Source of the DNA: Octopus vulgaris
Taxonomy: Eukaryota
NCBI GenBank assembly: GCA_951406725.2
Contig: OX597815.1
Location: 173,104,001-173,168,000 of the forward strand
DNA: 64,000 nucleotides
Reading direction: 5' to 3'
Shown: piece after piece, positions 54,940 to 64,000 of the stretch
Position numbering within the stretch: the first letter of the stretch is position 1
Layout: every line of letters begins with the position of its first letter
The notes under the pieces: generated by a model
Told to the model about the DNA's origin: nothing
What the model saw: the letters and a program-made list of their open reading frames with translations, nothing else
Database searches by the model: none
Position numbers and translations under genes: made by a program

Positions 54940-55355
54940 GTTCCAAATTTTCTTGCCCAATATTTTAAAACAGGATTGTTTCAACTACAATAAAGAACTT
55001 ATATCCAAGGAAAATAGGGATGATCTGTGTTAGCAATTACTCAGTTCAAAAGTGTAATAAATTACCTAGGAAGAAGAAACATCTAATGTTTCAGACAGCA
55101 TCCTTTCTGCTGAGGAGTATTACTTGAAATACATTACTACTTTCAGTGATTCATTATCAAATAAATAAATAAATAAATAAATAATAACAATCTAGATATT
55201 TTCTGATGACGATATATAACTTTCTTGTCTAATCAATAACTGTATTAACCCTCATGGAAATTGAACCACAATGTTGTTAATTTCTGTAAGTTAAAGTTGG
55301 ACCCATTTTTATTATAATTACATTATGGGGAGGGGGCGAAACTTGTAGTTATGCC

Positions 55356-55386
<31 letters not shown>

Positions 55387-55389
55387 ACA

Positions 55390-55752
55390 CTTTTACTTGT
55401 TTGCCATGTGACTGCAGCCATGCTGGAGCACCGCTTTGAAGGGTTTTAGTTGATAAAAATCAACCCTAATACTCACTTTTTTTTTTTTAAGTCAGAAACT
55501 TATTTGGTCAATCGCTTATGCCGAATAGGCAACTTACGGGACATAAACAAACCAGCACCGGTTGTCAAGCGGTGAAGACAGATACATATATGTGTGTGTA
55601 TGACAAGCTCCCACACAATTTCCGTTCACCAAATTTACTCAAAAGGAATTAGTCGGTTCGGGACTATCGGAGAAGAAACATGTCCAAGGTGACGCACCGT
55701 GGAATTGAACTAAAAACTATGTGGTTGCGAAGCGAACTTAATGACACAGCCA
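55390..55752 (-). mobile_element. tRNA-derived SINE, diverged
   Basis: Homology to 30517-30884. Confidence 0.8.
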
Positions 55753-56502
55753 TATCGATAATGGTAATGTATCTACTACAATCTACTTGGTTTAGTTTAT
55801 GAAACCGAAATAAGAAAATGCAATCAAATAACATTTTATTATGAAATCTTTTGCTAGTTTTATACTAACATTCAATAAATAAAACCAGCTGAAAGAATGT
55901 CAAAGAAAAGGAGAGAGAAAGGTAGAGAAGGGGACGAGGAGAGAGAAGGGTGGAGGCGATATTGTATATGTTTCAGTATTGTAAATTTTACGTTTGTATT
56001 GATTAACTGTCATATTTTAATAAAAGAGATATTTCTAAAATATTGAGTGCAATATTAACAAAACAAATAATAAAATTATGATTGCGTTGGCTACTAACAG
56101 TTCGAAGGACTAAAAAGCTGGTGGTTAAATTGTCAACATTTAGCAAGTGTTAATTAAAATATACTGTATACAGTCTGTCCACAAGTTGAATATTTCCTCA
56201 ATAATAAACATTCAAGAAAAAGAAAGAAAAAAACGATACGTAAGTTTTTAATTATGGAAAAATAAATGAATTAATAAATTCGCAGATTTTTCCAAAACTG
56301 ATGCATGTGGAAGTTTACTAAAGGAATCACTTCTTGCTTCATTTGGGGAAACAAGACACGCGAAACAAAGATTTTTATATATGAAAATAAATAGAATATA
56401 AACGACACTCATACACACATGCATACACGTGTGTCAAGTGACCGTAGTGTATAAATAATAGCCTGATGAAAATTAAATGAGAAAATAATTGGATGAACTC
56501 AC

Positions 56503-56997
56503 TTCGATTTGATTGAGAAAATCCCGATTACTCGAGACCTTAGTTATGTCTTCGAAGTCGATGTCACATTGCAAAATCTTCGGAGAAAACAACTCATTCA
56601 AACTTTTTTGCGATGTCACATTAATATATTTATTAGCCCACGGACAAATGGGAGGAATTCTTAGCGTCATCGGCCGGTTCTTACGTTGTTGTTCTGGCGA
56701 CATGTTATCCAGTCCCAACTGGGTTCGCATCATGTTGTAGTTGTTGATAATTGCAGGCCATTCCTGTGACCAAGGGAAAAAAGAAGGGTCTTTTTTGTCG
56801 TGGGTTTTTTTGCCATTGGGAAAATGTAGACTACAAACACTTGTGTACTTAGAATCAATACGTAAGTTACTGTTTCTTATGAGTGCAACCCAAGTAGCAC
56901 GACGGGTTTCTTCCTTAGGGAGACTATAGAAACGGATTCTTGCATGTCTTTTAGAGTCGGCAGAACAGAAAGGGATGCAACAATTAACATGTGGCAT
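56503..56997 (-). CDS. THAP-domain protein, first coding exon (165 aa)
   Basis: N-terminal C2CH finger C-x4-C...P...W...CSLHF...DPSFF (AVPTIF-box variant); donor GAA|gtgagt, phase 0. Confidence 0.9.
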
Positions 56998-57099
56998 TAT
57001 TGCTATTAATTGATTTTTAAACGTCTCCCACCTTTTTTTTTAATTTTCATGTGTTGAAACGTTTTCATGGGGACTGGTGGAACTTAGGTGTAAACAGTT

Positions 57100-57230
57100 A
57101 TGGCGGTCACCTTCCCCGATTGAATCCCATAATGCATCAGCGAACTTAGAATAAGAGGTGAGAATGTAAAGAGAACAAGGGCTGGTTTTGATTATTCCTC
57201 TTTGATATTACAATTCCTTTAATGTCTTGT
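57100..57230. promoter_or_regulatory. Promoter with ZNF143/Staf-like site and YY1-like ATGGCGG
   Basis: tcccataatgcatcagcg at 57125-57142, ~130 bp upstream of the THAP ATG; degenerate attacaattcc...aatg at 57207; atggcgg at 57100. Confidence 0.55.
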
Positions 57231-57924
57231 GGAATGCTTGCGAAACTGGGTTATAAGTTTGGACTCCCTCATTGATTGACTCAATAATGCTTTAGGGGAC
57301 GAAATGTACTGAATCCTTTGATTTGAAAACGTATGGAGTTTATTTGTTAAGCAAACAGTAAGATCCCTACGATGCTAAACTTCAGTACTTGGTCTTCATG
57401 TTTATAATTTTGGTAAAGCCATTGTACTCTTGCATCCAGGTTGCAGAGACTGAAGATAGCATTCACATTTGTACATTTATATCTTGGATAAAGTGTTCTA
57501 GTTTGCTAGCTCTAATCAGGGGTAATTGTTTTTCAGTGTGATACATGGAAACAAGTTGAGAAATATAAATTTTATGTATTTAACATAATAGTAAAAGATC
57601 TGCAACAACATTTAAAACTGTGAACCCAGAAAGTGACAGTAGCATTCCAAGGCAATGGTTCTCAAATGTAATTTTGTTGCAGAAACTGATATAATTTTCC
57701 AAAATTCAAGAAGCCTATGCCTAAATTTTACAAAACACCTCTGCCACCTTAATGAAACCAAAATTATTTCAGAAAAAGAATTTATTAACAGGAAAAAAAA
57801 CAAAACAAAATGTAAAAAATAACTTACTATTTTGAAAATTGCATATTCTGTTTTTGTTTTAGAAAAAAATTCTGAAATTTTATTAAAAAATAGCTAATTC
57901 ATAACTTTTTTATTCTTATTCTTA

Positions 57925-58311
57925 TACTTGTTTCAGTCATTTGACTCCAGCCATGCTGGAGCACCGCCTTTAGTCAAACAAATTGACCCCAGGACTTATT
58001 CTTTGTAAGCCTAGTACTTATTCTATCAGTGTCTTTTGCTGAACTGCTAAGTTACAGGGTTGTAAACACAGCAACATCGGTTGCCAAGTGATGCTGGGGG
58101 GACAAACACTGACACACAAATGCATTCATATATATATATATATATAAATGACAGGCTTCTTTTAGTTTCCGTCTACCAAATCCAGTCACAAGGCTTTGGT
58201 CAATCCAAGGCTATAGTAGAAGACACTTGCTCAAGGTGTCACACAGTGGGACTGAACCCGGACCATGTGGTTGGGAAGTAAGCTTCTTACCACACAGGCA
58301 CTCCTGCACCT
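57925..58311 (-). mobile_element. tRNA-derived SINE, full length
   Basis: Homology to 30517-30884. Confidence 0.88.
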
Positions 58312-58423
58312 ACCTGGGAATGTTCTTTTTCCTTCTTTTTAATGCAGAGCACACTTTGGAAAACATTGCTCTAAAGTATTCAAACCTAGGCCTCATTATG
58401 TTATATTATTGCATACCATTCTA

Positions 58424-58620
58424 AGGTGGCAAACTGGCAGAATTATGAGCACACAAAATGCTGCTGAACATTACATTCTAAGTTCAAATTCTGCTGAGGT
58501 TGATTTTGCCTTTCATCATTTTAATGTTGGTAAAATAAGTACCAGTTGAGCACTGGGATTGATGTAATCATCTTAACACCCTTCCCTAAAACTGCTGGCC
58601 GTGTGCTAAAATTTGAAACC
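58424..58620 (+). mobile_element. tRNA-derived SINE (family of 7720-8240)
   Basis: ggtggcaaactggcagaa...gttcaaattctgctgaggttgattttgcctttcatc. Confidence 0.7.
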
Positions 58621-59475
58621 ATTATTACATATCATTCAATTTGAAATAATCTTAGGGTTGCCAAAATGACAAAGAAAATATAAGGTCGTGTCAGATGAAT
58701 TATTATAATTGGTTCAATTATTCTGAATTCAAATAGCTTACAGATCAATAAAATTGATATCTATAACATATTGAAATTAATTTGATTAATTATACTTTTC
58801 TACATAAAATAAATGAGAAAATAAACAAATCAAGATTTGTGTAGAGTCAAAAGGAATTAATTTGAAATTATTTTGGTAGTTAAGAAAGGTATAACTGACA
58901 ACTACATATCTATATAAATTTGAGAACTTGCAGCAATCAAAAAATAAAATTTTATCAATTTAATTTAAAGTTAAGAAACCAATCTTGTTGAGAATTAAGA
59001 GAAAATCTGATAAGTTTTGAAGGGAAATGTAGTTGTTTATTATTTTAAGACTAGTGGGGTACTTTTAGAAACTTCATAGGCATAAGTTATAAAATATACA
59101 TACAATTATATGTACATAACTCTATAGAATTTAAACATGGACAGTTAAACTTACAACATACATTTCTACTTTGCATTCAGCTAAAACAACTTGTGTTTTA
59201 ATGATATACAGGAATAGTGAAAGTATCATGGCAGTTAATTGGGATGGACAAACAGAGACAGAGGAGACATACTGTCAATTATATTAGTAGATGCTAGTTC
59301 AAATGATTGGCCTGCTGTATTATTAACAGTTAATTCTGTAGAGAGATACTAAGTCCCCAACACACCATGTTCATAATATGGTTTTGATTCCTAACTGCAA
59401 CCCTGTTCCAATTTTCTTACATAACTAGTGTTCATAGTAGATGACATAATATCATTTCTATTTCCTGTAACCTTT

Positions 59476-59650
59476 GGTGGTGAGCTGGCAGAATCATTAG
59501 CAGTATTTTGTCTATCTTTACATTCTGGGTTCAAATTCCGCCAAGGTCGACTTTGCCTTGATAAATTAAATACCAGTTATGTACTGGGGTCAATCTAAAT
59601 GACCGCCCCTTCCCCCAAAATTTCAGGCCTTGTGCCTAGAGAAGAAAAGT
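59476..59650 (+). mobile_element. tRNA-derived SINE (family of 7720-8240)
   Basis: ggtggtgagctggcagaatc...ggttcaaattccgccaaggtcgactttgcc. Confidence 0.75.
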
Positions 59651-59745
59651 ATTTCCTGTAACCTTTTGAATTTGAACCTAAGTAAGTAATCAATATTATC
59701 TAAAATTCATTCTTGGGAATCATGTGGACATCATTACAATTAACA

Positions 59746-61656
59746 GGCACAGGTATGGCTGTGTGGAAAGAAGCTTGCTTCCAGTATAGCGTTTGTCAGT
59801 TGGATTGTTGGTTTTGTTTGTTACACACGTGGTTTTTTTGCTGTCTTGGCAGTGCAACGTTTGTCCTCTTGTTTAATGGATGAGTGTCGAGTGAGGAGTT
59901 ATGAAAGTTTGAATTGTTCTGTTTCAGACGTTGTAAACCGCCCTTCTTTGGACTTTGTGTTATCTGAGGAAGAAATGGTGGAATGTATAAAGAAGATAGA
60001 CAAAGCAATGGAAGCAAGGAATTATGCTGCAGTGACAAAAGAAAAAAGCGAGGATGTGAGCAAGTTCAAGGGAATGCTTAAAAAGGAGGGTAATGAAGTG
60101 AAGTTGTTCCCCACTAAAGAAGTTTTAATGGAAGCAGCAGAAAGAACAATAATTTACCGAACATACTCAGTGGCAGCCAGGAAGATTGAGATCATGTCAA
60201 TGGCTCAAATAGAAAAAGCACTTAGACCAAACTTTATTTCTGACAAGGTAGGAAATCCCTTGCTAGAGGAAAAAAGTTTGGAATGGTGGAGGTGCAGTTC
60301 AGAAAGGTAGCTACCGCCCGGCTGCACTCAGCAACACCACTGAAAACTGATTAAGTGGTTCTTAAACCCGTACACCTTGGGAGACGTACTTCCAGGGTTA
60401 AGGTGGAGGAAATATACCCCCCAGAAGTGGATGTAACCTGGCTGATGGCTGCCATACTGCTAGGCATGGAGGAGAAGGTAGTGGTCCTCCAGGCCACCAG
60501 AACACCCCCTAGGAACTGGCAAGGACAAACCCTTGATATGATGGTGCAAGTTGTGGAGGAAGACTTAGAAAAGATGGTCAAGACCATCACAATCGGAGAG
60601 ACAACATTGAAAGTCAGAGTGGAAGAGAGGATTCCGCGGTGCTATAAATGTGGCCTGAAAGGTCACATTAGAGGGTTTTGTCCACCACCACTGGAAAAGG
60701 CTAAGGAGAGACAGGAGAGTGAAAGGGTAGTTGGTGCTCCACTGCCCATGGAGGAAAAGGAAAATGATGTGGCACCACAGACGAAAGCAAGTACCAGCAT
60801 CAAGGAAGAGGCAAACACCTGCTGGGAAATGGCAGAAAAAGAGAAAGAAAAGAAGAGGACACACGTGGTAAAGGATGACCGCCGCCCCCACCCACACCCA
60901 TTCTATCCCAACCACTCCCTAGACACCAATCCTCCCCATGCCCTGTCTGACACAAAAACAAGTGCAAACACACAGGAGCATCAAACGTACCCACTCCCAC
61001 CCTGTAAGGAAAAATATGTAATAATGTATAATGGACAAAATGAAGAACTGTATAATGGACAAAATGAAGAACTGTACAATGAGGTAGACTCATGGGATGG
61101 AGTAATTAAAGTGGATGTAATGAGAGTAAGGGGTCTGCTTGAGAACATTCATTACATGCTGGCAGACCCAGAGTACCTGATGAGATTACATGATTATGTA
61201 GAAAATTTTGACTGCAAGTGGTGGGTTTGAAGAAAATAGACACTAGTACAATGCAGGAACGGATAAGGTATGTCGATATTTAAAAAAATATAACATAGAC
61301 ATTCTGAAAAAAACATGCTGAGTAACTGTTGCAAATGGTGGTGTAAATAATTGTGTTCCAAAAAAAAGTTGTATTAACAGGTTCAATGAAGTTTCTCGGA
61401 GGTGGGACCGTACAGCTTCATTTCATCTTTCATTATATTAATTCATTCTTTTCTTTTTTGTCCCCACCTTGTGCTGTCCCTTCTATGTAAGGCCTTCATG
61501 GCCAATTTCCTAAAATAAGAAGTTTGCTTCCAAATCACATGGATTCTGGATTCAGTCCCACTGTGTGGAACTTTGGGCAAGTGTCTTCTACTATAGCCCA
61601 AGCTGACCAAAACTTTATGAGTAGATTTGACAAATGGAAACTGAAAGAAGCATACC

Positions 61657-61660
<4 letters not shown>
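59746..61660 (+). mobile_element. SINE split into 59746-59783 and 61517-61660 by a retroelement insertion
   Basis: A box lies before the insert; B box and core lie after it. Confidence 0.8.
59784..61516 (+). mobile_element. ORF1-only (gag-like, CCHC knuckle) non-LTR element, L1/Tx1-like, with 16-bp TSD
   Basis: TSD aagaagcttgcttcca (59768-59783) / aagaagtttgcttcca (61517-61532); ORFs 59846-60310 and 60355-61230 join via one frameshift and one stop; CYKCGLKGHIRGFC; no RT motifs seen. Confidence 0.8.
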
Positions 61661-61687
<27 letters not shown>

Positions 61688-61689
61688 TA

Positions 61690-62533
61690 CAGGGTGCAGT
61701 GAATATATTGTCTAAATTATGCAAAAATGTAAATAATACTGACATCTCATTTTAACAGATATATTTATCAAAATTACTTTAAAATATCTTGAAATACTAA
61801 AGAGTAAATATATTCAATAAAATCGCCATCAGCTTCAACCATGGTCTCCAGACGACTGCAGAATCTTCCATAACTCTTCGGGACGGTCTCCTTGTTTAAG
61901 TCGTTGAATGCTACCATAATCCTTGCTTTCAGTTCATCTTTGGTGTTACAAGGAGTTTTGTCAGTCTCTCACTCAACTGCGTCTCATTCATAATAATCAA
62001 AGGGGTTGCAGTCTGGGGAGTTAGGTGGCCAGATGTTAGGGGTGATGTGGTCGCAGAAATTGTCTGACAGCCATGACTGGGTTCCCCTGCTTGTGTGGTT
62101 TGGTGCAGAGCCCTGTTGCCAGACATAGGGTCTTCCAGCAGCCACCCACTTGACCGAGGGCAGCACTACCTTCTCCAGACACTTGATGTAGGCCTCTGTG
62201 TTGAGTCTGAGGCTGTGTGGGAAGATGAATGGAAGCATAACGTCACCATCATTAGTGATCACTCCAAACATGATGTTTGATTTTTTATCACTCCTGGTAC
62301 ATGTTTTGGGGACAATGGTTGTTCTGTGTGTTCACATTCTGTTCGTATTGGAGCTTCTGGCATGAATGCCAAGCAGTACAGCATGTCATTTCCAAACTTC
62401 TGGCAGAGCGAATTGCATCAGACAGTGCCCAACTGACCCTACCATACTGTCTTGTTGACAAAATCAAAAATAAGCAATGCATATGCACAAAATTATAAAT
62501 ATAAAATGGCGACAATTTACCCATTGCACCCTG
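61690..62533 (-). mobile_element. Internally deleted DD37D (maT/Bmmar1-like) transposon
   Basis: TA|CAGGGTGCA...TGCACCCTG|TA imperfect TIRs; WQQ(D>G)SAP-H...WPPNSPDCNPFDY with 37 aa spacing. Confidence 0.85.
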
Positions 62534-62588
62534 TATATGTATATCATCATCATTTAACGTCTGCTTTCCATGCTAGCATGGGTTAAAC

Positions 62589-62589
<1 letters not shown>

Positions 62590-62647
<58 letters not shown>
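62590..62647. repeat. (GT)n(AT)n microsatellite
   Basis: Direct inspection. Confidence 0.95.
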
Positions 62648-62649
<2 letters not shown>

Positions 62650-62833
62650 AGAGTTTATGAAAAAAACAAAAGACGAAGACAGGTGCTGTACAAAACAAAC
62701 AGATGTATAAGTATAACGCTCAGGAATAGAAAAAGTCTTTTACGTTTCGAGCCTACGCTCCTCTACAGAAAGGGACACAGAAAAAACAAGGAGAGAAAAA
62801 AATATGTGTAGTGGCTAACGATCTATCATGGCG
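62648..62833 (-). mobile_element. Possible Penelope-like terminal-repeat fragment
   Basis: Inserted in (TA)n; minus strand ctgtagaggagcgtaggctcgaaacgt resembles the hammerhead-type motif of PLE termini. Confidence 0.4.
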
Positions 62834-62844
62834 ATATATATATA

Positions 62845-63908
62845 TTGGGTCATCCCATAAATAATGTAGTTTATTCAATTGCATGAACTAAAAGTCAGAT
62901 GAGGACAGGTAAACTACCTGCATCAACTTGCTATAAAAGCAGGTAGTAATTTTACCTTGTACTTGTTCTTAGTGCAAGTTTTGAAGAGTGTGGTTTGATT
63001 TTAACAATTATTTTTCGAAGCTATAATGGAAGTGGCAAAGGAATATATTTGACATATTTTGCTTTATGAGTTCAATAAAGGCAACAGTGCAATGGAAAGT
63101 GCGAGGAATATTAATGCAGTATATGGGGATCGGATAATAAGTATAAACCTGTGTCAATGGTAGTTCCAGAAATTACGAGTCGGAAACTACAGCTTAGAAG
63201 ACAAGCCTTATCCTGGAAGATCTGTAGAGCTTAACGAGGACATTCTGAAAACCCTGGTGGAAGAAGATTCCATTGTAACTGTTGAGGAACTAACAGAGAA
63301 GCTTGGATTTGGTGATTTAACCATTCAGCAACACCTGCAAATTGAGTCAATGGGTTCCTCATGAACTTTTCAAGTCTAATTGCATGTACATAGTGAATGT
63401 GTACTCTTCTTTGCTGTCACATCTCACAAATGAACCTTTTTTTTTGATCAAATAATGACTGGTGATGAGAAATGGGTTCACTATTAAAATGTCAAGTGCC
63501 GAAGACAGTGGGCAGGGAAAGGAGAAACACCGGCACCCTAGGCTAAAGAAGGTCTTCACCCATGTAAAGTGTTATTTGTTTGGTGGGATATGAAAGATTT
63601 AATCCACTTTGAACTTTTAAACCCAAACCAAACAATAATACAGGAGATCTACTGCAAGCAGCTTGAGTGGCTTAAGTCAGCACTAGAAGAAAAATGATCA
63701 TCTTTTGTATCAAGACGAAAGGTGTTCTTCCATCAAGATAATGCTCAGCCACATACAGCAAAGATGGCATTCCAAAGGCTGGAACAGTTTGGATGGGAAA
63801 TGATGCCCCACCCACCATATTCACCCCATCTGATTATCATTTATTCCGCAGTCTTCAAAATAATTTGGACAGGAAAAATATGAATTCTGTAGATGAGGTC
63901 AGAACAGA
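62845..63908 (+). mobile_element. Degenerate mariner, family A copy 3 (3' end missing)
   Basis: TA|TTGGGTCATCCCATAAATAATG TIR; WVPHEL, TGDEKW and FHQDNA remnants. Confidence 0.9.
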
Positions 63909-64000
63909 TACTTTTTAACAAAACTTTCACCAAATAATCGCTTATATCCTGTAGATTGAGAGTATGTAAAGATTTGTTGGAAAAAAAATTTTCTGAGGGG

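Noticed and set aside
56473-56997. P-element/THAP9 or Harbinger transposase
   Set aside because: No DDE/RNase H region follows and no TIRs were seen; the exon splices to a low-complexity exon. The ORF tail 56473-56502 is intron read-through

Overview
AT-rich, intron-containing animal DNA, most likely octopus (inferred from the tRNA-SINE and RTE-LINE repertoire). The left end holds the first three coding exons of ACTR5 (Arp5, INO80 complex) on the minus strand. Most of the window is one minus-strand locus (14592-56997). Two downstream exons encode a ZBTB/Kelch-type BTB domain plus a disordered tail and start at a phase-2 acceptor (18005). Two separate upstream modules, each in its own CpG-rich promoter-like island, end in phase-2 GTAAG donors that join that acceptor in frame. 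One is a THAP zinc-finger module (56503-56997 plus 37360-37760; predicted THAP-BTB, 679 aa). The other is an intact but catalytically degenerate Crypton/DUF3504 tyrosine-recombinase exon (28107-29647; predicted DUF3504-BTB, 894 aa). This suggests variable transposon-derived N-termini on a constant BTB, convergent with vertebrate KCTD1; the splicing is inferred, not observed. The rest is repeats: DD34D mariners, a DD37D maT element, RTE LINE fragments with a PHD finger inside the RT, SINEs, piggyBac-like and foldback MITEs, and an ORF1-only L1/Tx1-like element with a 16-bp TSD. Repeat boundaries are approximate unless TIRs or TSDs are quoted.
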